Positions 1 through 8,228 of a stretch of DNA of 32,000 nt are shown in pieces (the stretch's first letter is position 1; each line of letters starts with the position of its first letter). The position numbers and the translations under genes are program-made. Under the pieces are notes generated by a model that saw only the letters and a program-made list of their open reading frames with translations, made no database searches and was not told the origin of the DNA. The stretch comes from an archaeon (lineage in GTDB: Archaea; Asgardarchaeota; Thorarchaeia; Thorarchaeales; Thorarchaeaceae). The stretch covers positions 28,920 to 60,919 of the forward strand of contig JAJRZD010000053.1 in assembly GCA_024275415.1 (NCBI GenBank), written 5' to 3'.

Positions 1-24
1 AATATATCGAGCTGAGGTGGATTC

Positions 25-378
25 ATGTACGCAATCAACTATACTGAGAGACCTGAGGAAGAAGTGACTCTCGCTGGTGCTAGCAAGACGACAGTCCGTT
101 GGCTAATTGGACGAAATACTGGGGCAAAGACATATGCTATGAGGCTTTTCAAGATAGCTCCAGGGGGGAAAGTCCCGCTCCATTCACACGATGAAGAGCA
201 TGAGATTTTTGTACTTCAGGGAAGAGCAAAGCTTCTTGGTGCACCAGAAGAAACGAATGCTCAGAAAGATGATGTCGTTTTCATTCCTTCCAATGTCGAG
301 CATGGCTATGACAATACTGAAGGCACTGAAGATTTCCGTTTCATTTGTGTGATTCCACTCCTTAATAAGGACGAGTGA
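25..378 (+). CDS. Cupin_2-type cupin domain protein
   Basis: 117 aa; cupin motif 1 PLHSHDEEHEIFVLQG and motif 2 FIPSNVEHGYDN, carrying His/His/Glu/His metal ligands. Confidence 0.85.
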   Translation: MYAINYTERPEEEVTLAGASKTTVRWLIGRNTGAKTYAMRLFKIAPGGKVPLHSHDEEHEIFVLQGRAKLLGAPEETNAQKDDVVFIPSNVEHGYDNTEGTEDFRFICVIPLLNKDE

Positions 379-386
379 TTTGCCCA

Positions 387-435
387 ACTCCATCAATACT
401 GATATCGCCTTCATGAGGACGATATCGAATGGAGT
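387..435 (+). promoter_or_regulatory. Putative RNA hairpin covering the RBS of the HAD gene
   Basis: ACTCCAT 387-393 pairs with ATGGAGT 429-435, GATATCG 401-407 pairs with CGATATC 420-426; GGAGTGA RBS at 431-437. Confidence 0.35.
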
Positions 436-442
436 GATAACC

Positions 443-1246
443 ATGGCTCTATCAGAGAAGAAACTCTGGGTATTTGATGTAGACAATACTCTCATTCGTG
501 ATGTGGAACATCCTCACCCGTTTGATGACGCCCTTCAGTTGTGGGACTATCTCCTAGAAACAGGAAGGGATGTTGCTGCGTTGACCAACGTAGGAAGACT
601 CTCAGCTCGCACAATCAATCATGTGTTGAAGGTGGCAGGCTTCAAGCTTGACCTTGACCACACGTTCAGTGCGGGTGCAGCAGCAGCAGCGTATATACAT
701 AACAGGAATCCCTCTGCACGATGTTTTGTGATCAGTGAGGGTGGGGCAACAGAGGATTTTATTGCGCGTGGTCTGGAGGTCGTCAACAACCCTCCTGTGG
801 ACTATGTTGCTGTAGGTGCTGATAGAGGTCTGACATTCCCCCGTTTGAATTTTGCAGCAAAGATGATCCGTGATGGTGCAAAGCTTATCTGTATCAGTGG
901 GAGCCGCGACTATCCGGGTATTTATCTTGGCATCGAGGACATCTATATTGGTGAACGTTCTATCGTTGCAGCGTTGGAAGACGCAACTGACGTAGAGAGC
1001 GTGATTGTCGGGAAGCCGTTGCCTGAGATTCTCCTAGAAACCACGAAGGCGTTGGGATACTCCCCGAATGAGGCTGTAATGGTAGGCGATAATCCTGCAT
1101 CCGATATTGCTGGCGGGAAGGCAGCCGGCTTGACTACAGTCCTTGTTCGTCGCCCCGACAACATAGTTCCCTTTGACTCTCAGGGTTTGGACCAGTCGCC
1201 AGACCACACTGTGGAATCCCTTGCAGACATCATCAAGATGTTGTGA
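443..1246 (+). CDS. HAD-superfamily subfamily IIA (NagD-like) phosphatase
   Basis: Motif I FDVDNTL, motif II LTN, motif III GKP, motif IV MVGDNPASDI. Start moved from 380 to ATG 443 because GGAGTGA lies just upstream. Confidence 0.88.
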   Translation: MALSEKKLWVFDVDNTLIRDVEHPHPFDDALQLWDYLLETGRDVAALTNVGRLSARTINHVLKVAGFKLDLDHTFSAGAAAAAYIHNRNPSARCFVISEGGATEDFIARGLEVVNNPPVDYVAVGADRGLTFPRLNFAAKMIRDGAKLICISGSRDYPGIYLGIEDIYIGERSIVAALEDATDVESVIVGKPLPEILLETTKALGYSPNEAVMVGDNPASDIAGGKAAGLTTVLVRRPDNIVPFDSQGLDQSPDHTVESLADIIKML

Positions 1247-1247
1247 C

Positions 1248-1808
1248 TTATTTGACCCAGTGTTTCTCCTTGCTAAGTTGTTCTAGGTTTGCAGCGTGGA
1301 CGATGTTTCCTATCTCCATGAACATGTCATTTACATTCGTTCCTGTTTTCGCGCTTGCCAGGATGAAGGGTGCCTTCAGGGCCTTTGCGTATTCTTTCGC
1401 TCCGAAGAAATGGGTTTCACCAGGAACAAGATCCGTCTTGTTCCCGACAATGATGTATGGGATGTTCTCGCCAAGGAATCCCATAGCTTCCTTAATCCAT
1501 TTTGAAATAGATGCGAAGGTTTCCTGTCTTGTCACATCAAACATGATAATGAGCCCTTTGGCTCCCTCATAGAAGCTCGCACGAAGCTGTCTGAAGACAT
1601 CCTGCCCTGCAAGATCCCAGATCATCAACTTGACGTGTGTGTTGTCATTCCCCGCGTTCACTATTCGGGAGTAATGCTGCACTCCTACCGTGCTCTGGTA
1701 TTCTTTGCGGAAATACCCTTCTGACCATCTAAGGATGGTACTGGTTTTGCCTACAGCTGAATCTCCTATGATACATATTTTATAGACGTAGGCAGGCCTA
1801 ATTGTCAC
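1248..1808 (-). CDS. Rab-like small GTPase (Ras superfamily, Asgard eukaryotic signature type)
   Basis: G1 GDSAVGKT, G2 STVG, G3 WDLAGQ, G4 NKTD, G5 SAK; GTG start; 186 aa. Confidence 0.92.
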   Translation of the reverse strand: MTIRPAYVYKICIIGDSAVGKTSTILRWSEGYFRKEYQSTVGVQHYSRIVNAGNDNTHVKLMIWDLAGQDVFRQLRASFYEGAKGLIIMFDVTRQETFASISKWIKEAMGFLGENIPYIIVGNKTDLVPGETHFFGAKEYAKALKAPFILASAKTGTNVNDMFMEIGNIVHAANLEQLSKEKHWVK

Positions 1809-2091
1809 GGACTCGTCCCCTGTTTTGCGACTCTTCTTACTGGATTACTCTTAGATGGAACCTGTCATTAAATGTATCTATTCACATAAAATACTGTAAT
1901 TTGAAGTGTTTCAATGAAGTTATGAGTAACTATCATCATTACACCCTATGATCGAAGTGGGTTAAGTACCATCGGTCAAGCTAAATAAGGATCTCAAAGC
2001 GCTTGGCATTTTTGATGAAAGAAAGGAATATGGTCGGCACATCAGCATTATGTACGACAGTTCTGACATCCTTATTACGTTGGTAGAAACC

Positions 2092-2128
2092 TATTAAAGA
2101 GCCCTCATGGACTGTAATTTTGGAGGAG
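2092..2128 (+). promoter_or_regulatory. TATA-like box and RBS of the solute-binding protein gene
   Basis: TATTAAAG 2092-2099 preceded by GAAAC; GGAGGAG 2122-2128 upstream of TTG 2136. Confidence 0.5.
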
Positions 2129-2135
2129 TATTAAA

Positions 2136-3905
2136 TTGAGCAGGCGGAAATTTACTATTCTACCACTTGTGATATTACTCAGTGTCGCAGCATTTCTTAA
2201 TATACCCCAGACTGCTGGTACGTCGACTGTTCCTGTTGATAGCTTGACTTTCGAGGTCATGTCTAGTGATTCTACTCGTATGGATGCGTTGATTAACGGC
2301 GATATCGATTTCATTTATGACGGTGTAGACCCGTCCTATGTGGACAGTGATTCAACGAATCTGCAAATTGTGGAGGAAACACAGAACGGATATGGTTATC
2401 TTTCTATAAACACCAATCGGTGGCCTTTGAACTATACCGCCATTCGAGTCGCAATTGCATTGGCTACAAATAAGACTGAGATTGCAGGCTATTTTGAGAA
2501 TGCATTTCCAATCGATGCAGCACTTCCACCTGCCAACCCCTTCAGCGCAGAGGGCACATTCGATACGACGTATTATGATGCGGATTTAGATGGAGCACGG
2601 GCGGTGTTGGACGAGGCTGGTTTCATTGATATTGATTCTGACGGATATAGAGAAGCCCCTAATAGCACTGCTTTTGCTGTTTCCATAGTTTCTGTAGATT
2701 TTGGACCCGGAACGACAATTCTTGAGCATATCCACAGTCAGTTGGATGCGATTGGTATCTCTTCGACAATCGAGTATTTCAGTATAGGTGAGTACATTTC
2801 TCAGTTGACGGTATACCATGACTATGGAATCTCATTTCTCAGTGCGAGTTTTCCCATTCTAGATCCCACTCCACTCTATGACTTTACAAGTACGTCCTAC
2901 GAATGGCTTCTCTTGTCAGGTTTGTTTTCAAATTCTACTTATGACACAACAGCGAATATGTTGAAGACAGAAATGGACAAGGCCAAAATTGAACAGTATT
3001 CATATGATCTTCAAGAAATTCTATTTGAGCAGTGTCCCATAATTCCGGTATATAGCAATCGCCTCGTCTATGCTTACAGCCAGCACCTTACTGGTGTGAC
3101 TTCTAATGCACTGGACGGAATATCGTCCCGTTGGAGTATTATGAGACTTCATGTCAATGATTCAGCTTACTCTGCTGTACGAGTTGCGATATCTACAGAT
3201 ATCTTTTCTTTCAATCCAATCGAATCCACAACGGGACCTAGTGGAGTTGTCAACAACCTAATCTGGGATAGACTTCTCAGAATCGACGACAATTTTGAGA
3301 TGCATGCAGGCCTTGCGACCAATTGGACCCTTCAGACGTATCCTGAAGATAGCACTCTTGAATCCCACGAGCTAGCTATTGTATTCACCATCAGAAAAGG
3401 TATTGTCTGGACAGATGGTTCGTCCGTGACTACTGAAGATGTAGCGGCATCATTCAATTTTATAGCAAAGAGTTGGCATACCACCTCACTGAACTTGAAT
3501 GACCTTAGCAGGGCTCTTGCGATATCAGACACAAAGGTCAAAGTCATATTCAATAGCACGAGTTTCTTCAATCTCTGGTATGCAGGTACTGCTCCTATTC
3601 TTCCAAATGCTACATTAGCCCAGCACAATCCTGACAAGATTAATCTCTGGGATCCAGTCCCTGGCACCTCTGGGGATTTAGTATCCTCTGGCCCCTATAT
3701 GGTTTCACAATATGAGGCTGGCTCCCGCATCATGCTAGAACGAAACCCTGATTATTATCTTGACCCAGACGAACTTTTTGACACCACAACATCCACCAAC
3801 ACCACAACTCCATTGCCTGATATTGATATACTCCTTATGGGCTTTGCTGGAGGTGCAATAATTGCTGTTATGGCCGTTGTAGTCATCATCTTTAAGCGTA
3901 GGTGA
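2136..3905 (+). CDS. ABC transporter substrate-binding protein, family 5 (DppA/OppA-like), circularly permuted, with C-terminal membrane anchor
   Basis: Signal peptide; SBP5 motifs ALINGDID, INTNRWPLNYTAIRVAI, LDEAG, PIIPVY, FNP, GLATNW, RKGIVWTDGSSVTTEDV, GPY..LERNPDYY; Thr-rich linker, TM helix and KRR tail. Confidence 0.85.
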   Translation: MSRRKFTILPLVILLSVAAFLNIPQTAGTSTVPVDSLTFEVMSSDSTRMDALINGDIDFIYDGVDPSYVDSDSTNLQIVEETQNGYGYLSINTNRWPLNYTAIRVAIALATNKTEIAGYFENAFPIDAALPPANPFSAEGTFDTTYYDADLDGARAVLDEAGFIDIDSDGYREAPNSTAFAVSIVSVDFGPGTTILEHIHSQLDAIGISSTIEYFSIGEYISQLTVYHDYGISFLSASFPILDPTPLYDFTSTSYEWLLLSGLFSNSTYDTTANMLKTEMDKAKIEQYSYDLQEILFEQCPIIPVYSNRLVYAYSQHLTGVTSNALDGISSRWSIMRLHVNDSAYSAVRVAISTDIFSFNPIESTTGPSGVVNNLIWDRLLRIDDNFEMHAGLATNWTLQTYPEDSTLESHELAIVFTIRKGIVWTDGSSVTTEDVAASFNFIAKSWHTTSLNLNDLSRALAISDTKVKVIFNSTSFFNLWYAGTAPILPNATLAQHNPDKINLWDPVPGTSGDLVSSGPYMVSQYEAGSRIMLERNPDYYLDPDELFDTTTSTNTTTPLPDIDILLMGFAGGAIIAVMAVVVIIFKRR

Positions 3906-4527
3906 TACCACCAATATAGATCAACATACTTTTGTCCATATCTCCAGTGGCGACAAACATGGCAACAAACATCTTGGCAAGTATAGTAGAAATAGTAGAA
4001 CCGCCCAACACTCACTATGAGTGCTATCAGTAGTGGCTTGACTACGTTGGTGGTAACACCGTTTATTGTAAGTTGTACAACCCTGGACACCAAGAGTGTT
4101 GTACTCCCAGGGAACGGCATTGGGTGGACTCCGTGAGGTTCTACGTGTGTCATGGATGACCTCACTGAGTATGTCTCGTCGAAACTATACAAGCACCCAC
4201 AACAAGATGTCCATAATCGTCTAGGTTTTGTACAGCTGTTGTCAACCCATGGAGATATGCATGTGTATGACGATCATCCATCTCTAGACATTCTCATGTA
4301 CTGGAACTAAGAAATAGCCGTCGCTGCTGTGGTACAGGAGGCTTCAAGATCATGCAGGGTGAGCCACAGTTGATTCTTAGACAGTTAATTTCAAACATGC
4401 CCGAACTTGTCAGCAATCCGTTCTAACACTAGTATACTCTCTCTGGCTGAGCGATTACCTAAGAAAAAAGTATGCCCTCTTTCATTCCATTCTGGAAGTA
4501 GAGGGCGGTATCCAATTCTAGTAGATA

Positions 4528-5208
4528 TTATTTCTTACGGCATAGAATGGCTATTACAACGAGCAGGACAACAGCACCGCCTGCAACCAATAGTAGGTTA
4601 TCCTGAACAAAGTCGAGTATCCCACTTGCATCGCTGGGCAAACTGGGCAAGTTCTGCCGAACCAGACTGAGGCTTCCGTTAACAGTTTCGACATTCCAAT
4701 GAGCAAGCATTCCATCCTGCTTCAGAAAATCGATTCTGATATCAAATGTATCCGAGCTAAGGGCAAAGCCAAAGTTGTTCAGCTCGACTCCCCAATAACC
4801 TCCGCTATCGAAAACAGTACCGTTGTAAATCGAACCTTCGTAGAGTTCTTGGAGTAGAGTGAAGTTCCCTATTGGTACTGCAAAATGGTCAATTGCAACA
4901 AAATAGAGTATGAACATCAAAGCGCTCCAGCCAAGAGAGGTTCCATTAGCCCAAGTGACATCTATAGAAGCAGCATCAAGATCACTCCACGAGTTCATGA
5001 TATTCGGGATAACTGGTGTGTCTGTGACCTCGAAATACATGATTTCGGTTCGTGTATCATTACCGTCTACTGAAGTGAAATCGAAGTTGAATTGATCATT
5101 ATCCTCGATTCCCCATTCAAGCCCCTGAAGGGTGGCTGCGGAAACATTGGAAACTAGTAATAGTCCCGCTACAAAAACAGCAAACAAAGCAATTTTGGCG
5201 TGTTTCAT
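4528..5208 (-). CDS. Hypothetical secreted, C-terminally anchored surface glycoprotein
   Basis: 226 aa; N-terminal signal peptide; sequons NDT, NGT, NFT, NGT, NGS; C-terminal hydrophobic helix then CRKK; AGGAG RBS. Confidence 0.75.
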   Translation of the reverse strand: MKHAKIALFAVFVAGLLLVSNVSAATLQGLEWGIEDNDQFNFDFTSVDGNDTRTEIMYFEVTDTPVIPNIMNSWSDLDAASIDVTWANGTSLGWSALMFILYFVAIDHFAVPIGNFTLLQELYEGSIYNGTVFDSGGYWGVELNNFGFALSSDTFDIRIDFLKQDGMLAHWNVETVNGSLSLVRQNLPSLPSDASGILDFVQDNLLLVAGGAVVLLVVIAILCRKK

Positions 5209-5404
5209 TTTACTACATCTCCTTACAATAGTAAGTATCTCTTTCGAAGAATGAACACAAATAAGGTCTTCGCATACAATAAATTGTTTCAGTTATGTTG
5301 TGGGATGACCTTGTTATCCTGTGGAATAATAGGGACTTTTCCCCTTTAATACGCTACTGACATGCCGTACTTCTGCAAGACGAGGGCAATTGTGGTAGGA
5401 CTAT

Positions 5405-7381
5405 CTACTTCACACTGAACTCAAGGAATGGCTCGCCCAGAGCAATCCTCTCTATGAGCGAGTTCTTCTTTGCAGATTTTACGATTTTCTCAAAGTATTT
5501 CTTGAGGCGTCGCTCATCGACATACTCGGGTTCCTTGATTCCTATGCTCTCGATGACCTTGTTGAGCAGGGATTCGAAATCGTAAACAAGATAGTCTACC
5601 TCGACTGTCTTTCCTCGTTTCTTCTTTGGCAGCTTCTCCTTGCGAGCAAGTCCCTGTTTCAACGCTTCTCGTGTTTCCTTTAGATACATGCCTCTGGCTC
5701 TTTCGTATTCCAACTGGTTCTTCCTAACCAGCTCTTTTAGGAGTTGAAGTCCAAATGTGGTACGTGCAATTTTCTCGATTCTTGCGACAAAGCCATTCAT
5801 GATATCCTCATAGGACACCATCTCGGCCTGACCCTTAGTGCTGAACACCTTGTCACTATCTTTGGCCTTGGCGTACTTTGCCTTCTTCTCCCTGAGCTCC
5901 TTTTCTCGTTGCTTGCGCAGCTCCTCTTCTCTTTTCAGACGCTCTGCTTCTTGGCGTTTGCGTTCAGCTTCAAGCTTTTTAGCTTCAGCAATTTTCTTCT
6001 TTTCTTCCTGTTTTTTCTTTCTTTCAGCTTCCCTCTTCTTCTCTTCGGCGAGTCGTTCTTGTTCCAGCTTCTTCAAGATTTTTTGTTGATCCTTGACGAG
6101 CTTTGCCATATGATCCTTTATGTCCTTCTCAGTGAGAGTGATATGTTTAGTGAGAAGCCATCTTACTCCAATATTATTCACTTTCGGTTTCAGGTCTGCA
6201 GAGGAGAACACAAAGCAGGCAGTCTGTTGTCCCGGAAGCTTCGATATGATCTCCTCGGATTCTTTCTCGCCAGCAATTGGCTCAAGGATGCGTTCTAACA
6301 CCTTGAGTGATTGCTCGCTGCTAATCCTACCTGCAGAAATCGTGTTGAACTGCTCGAATGCCTTGTAGTCAATGTCCTTTGGGCTTTGTGTGGCAATCAA
6401 GCACTCTACTCCATACTTTCTCGCCTGTCGGAATAAGAGAAGGAACGTTTCTTTCGGGCCTGGTGAGCGCATCCCTGCCGGGATGAACGGAGCAGCCTCA
6501 TCCTGGAAGAGAAGCAATCGGGGTCTTTCTGTAAAACCCTGCCTGAGCATCCACGAGTATAGCTGGTTGAGGACGATTGCGATAAAGAAGTGTTTTTCCT
6601 CCTCGCTGCGTAACGTCTTCAGGAAAATGATGTTGACCGGAGTCTTACCATTGACAGGTTTCACCATCTCGTCGAAATCAATCTGTCCTTCTTCTTTGAA
6701 GAGTAGCTGAGCAGAGCCAACCGTAAGTGTTCGTATTCTTGTGGCAAGTGTCTGTCTCTCAGAGAGTTTCATGTACGGTTCAAGATCCACACCAATCTCT
6801 TCCTGTGGTGCGGTGAGCATGTCGGCTAGCTCCTTGAGGTTATTCACATCCTTGTTATTCTCCCAGATCGAGCGCATCAGCTCGTAGATGACCGCGAAAG
6901 ATTTGCTCTCCCACGAACTTGAGAGACCTCCAACTTTGGTTAGAACCTTAGTCAGTGTGCGTGCCGAGTTGTCTAGCAATCGGATGACATCATCTTGGTC
7001 TGCTTTTGGATCTGGCAATTTCAAAGGATTGATAGAGATTGACAATCCCTTGCTACTGGCAGGAGTATAGACTTTGACAATCACTTTGTCCATGTATTTC
7101 TTTAATCTATCCGGAGGGACTCCTTTCTCCTTGAGCTGCTTTGGGTCGCCAGGAATCATCAATGATGCGATGTCTCCTTGTGGGTCGAATGCAAGAATAG
7201 GGATGCCCTGCAATGCAGCCTCTTCAAGAATGACCTTGCTTAAGACCGTCTTACCTGAGCCTGTCGAACCAAATATCCCACCGTGCCGCCTTAATAGATC
7301 AACACTGATCTCAAACTTCTTGTTTGTTCTTTTTCCTGTGTCATCCAGATAATGTCCAAGCCAAAGTTTAGAGTCTGCCAT
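5405..7381 (-). CDS. HerA/FtsK-superfamily ATPase (DUF87/DUF853-like) with a long C-terminal coiled coil
   Basis: Walker A GSTGSGKT, FDPQGD, Walker B LLFQDEA, Arg-finger segment RQARKYG, ATQSP; K/E/R-rich coiled coil. Start moved from 7441 to ATG 7381 (GGAGA RBS). Confidence 0.85.
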   Translation of the reverse strand: MADSKLWLGHYLDDTGKRTNKKFEISVDLLRRHGGIFGSTGSGKTVLSKVILEEAALQGIPILAFDPQGDIASLMIPGDPKQLKEKGVPPDRLKKYMDKVIVKVYTPASSKGLSISINPLKLPDPKADQDDVIRLLDNSARTLTKVLTKVGGLSSSWESKSFAVIYELMRSIWENNKDVNNLKELADMLTAPQEEIGVDLEPYMKLSERQTLATRIRTLTVGSAQLLFKEEGQIDFDEMVKPVNGKTPVNIIFLKTLRSEEEKHFFIAIVLNQLYSWMLRQGFTERPRLLLFQDEAAPFIPAGMRSPGPKETFLLLFRQARKYGVECLIATQSPKDIDYKAFEQFNTISAGRISSEQSLKVLERILEPIAGEKESEEIISKLPGQQTACFVFSSADLKPKVNNIGVRWLLTKHITLTEKDIKDHMAKLVKDQQKILKKLEQERLAEEKKREAERKKKQEEKKKIAEAKKLEAERKRQEAERLKREEELRKQREKELREKKAKYAKAKDSDKVFSTKGQAEMVSYEDIMNGFVARIEKIARTTFGLQLLKELVRKNQLEYERARGMYLKETREALKQGLARKEKLPKKKRGKTVEVDYLVYDFESLLNKVIESIGIKEPEYVDERRLKKYFEKIVKSAKKNSLIERIALGEPFLEFSVK

Positions 7382-7484
7382 CTTATTATCTTCTCCACTG
7401 GGATAAACCACTTTGTGTTTAAGGAGATTCCTACGAATCAAATTACATATGCATATTTATTACATTTACTTAGGAGTACTTCAT

Positions 7485-7529
7485 AAAATGAGATAAGATA
7501 AACAGGTGGAGCATGATTCCCCACCTGTT
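7485..7529 (-). terminator. Hairpin plus U-rich tract downstream of the 210-aa membrane protein
   Basis: AACAGGTGG 7501-7509 and CCACCTGTT 7521-7529 form a perfect 9-bp stem 6 nt after the stop; minus strand continues TATCTTATCTCATTTT. Confidence 0.55.
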
Positions 7530-7535
7530 CACCAT

Positions 7536-8168
7536 TTATGCACCTACAGGTTCGTACCTGCGTCCTAGGTATGCGACTATCGCAAAGACGAGGACGACTG
7601 CAAATATGCCAAGAACTAATGATGCCCATCCGTAGGATGCTGTAACCTCCCAGATCCAGTCTAGGAATACCTTGATACCGGCCATGATGGCACCAAGTAG
7701 TAGAGCTACTAGCATGAAACGAGAAGTCATCTCCTTCACTTGTCCCTGCTCGCTGCCTTCAGTGATTTCGGCGCTGAAGAAAATGAAGACGAAAAGGAAC
7801 ACATATGCAATGACTATCATTGCAGCCACATTGAAAAGTCGTTGTTGTAGCACCGCGTCATTTGGATAGAGAATCCCAAGGACAAGTATTGTGGTGAGCG
7901 CCTGAAGATAAACAAACATATTGCTCACGAGCTTGTCTTCGGGATGCACGAACCCGGTCAGTTCGGTGAAAGTCGTTATCGAGGACATCAGCACTACCAG
8001 TCCAAGGATAGCCGCGCCAGCCACCCATAAGTAGAATGGGTAGTTCCAGGCGGTTTCTCCTGCTCCGAGGTCTAGCTGATCAAGAAGAGCCCAAAGTCCA
8101 CCGGCTCCCGCAATAACGGCGATTCCAATACCTGCAAGAACATTGCTTACTGTTGTCAATCTAACCAT
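7536..8168 (-). CDS. Hypothetical integral membrane protein (about 6 TM)
   Basis: 210 aa; repeated hydrophobic segments separated by short charged loops; GGAGA RBS. Confidence 0.75.
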   Translation of the reverse strand: MVRLTTVSNVLAGIGIAVIAGAGGLWALLDQLDLGAGETAWNYPFYLWVAGAAILGLVVLMSSITTFTELTGFVHPEDKLVSNMFVYLQALTTILVLGILYPNDAVLQQRLFNVAAMIVIAYVFLFVFIFFSAEITEGSEQGQVKEMTSRFMLVALLLGAIMAGIKVFLDWIWEVTASYGWASLVLGIFAVVLVFAIVAYLGRRYEPVGA

Positions 8169-8228
8169 TGTAGGTCTCCCCGATTGATTCTAGCTCTCTC
8201 AATGGTGCTAGCTTCTATTAACTCTTGC

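Noticed and set aside
25-1246. Cupin plus HAD as a methionine-salvage pair (MtnD/MtnC)
   Set aside because: The HAD is subfamily IIA (NagD-like cap position), not the MtnC type; the cupin is a short generic Cupin_2; no other mtn genes are present
2015-2086. 23-codon ORF upstream of the solute-binding protein
   Set aside because: No RBS, lies upstream of the likely TATA box at 2092, and its length is expected by chance
4133-4190. Hammerhead-like arrangement (stem, CTGAGTA, then GAAAC)
   Set aside because: Core is CUGAGUA rather than CUGANGA, stem II cannot form, and there is no NUH site or stem III partner
3755-4192. 145-aa minus-strand ORF
   Set aside because: Overlaps the SBP 3-prime end antisense, has Cys/Tyr/Trp-rich non-protein-like composition and no RBS
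3906-4527. RNase P or SRP RNA in the large gap
   Set aside because: No GAGGAA-N-N-UC CR-I with a downstream CR-V, and no SRP helix-8 motif, on either strand in the right order
5744-7352. Several plus-strand ORFs opposite the HerA gene
   Set aside because: Antisense shadows; the Phe/Leu/Ser richness simply mirrors the Lys/Glu codons of the coiled coil
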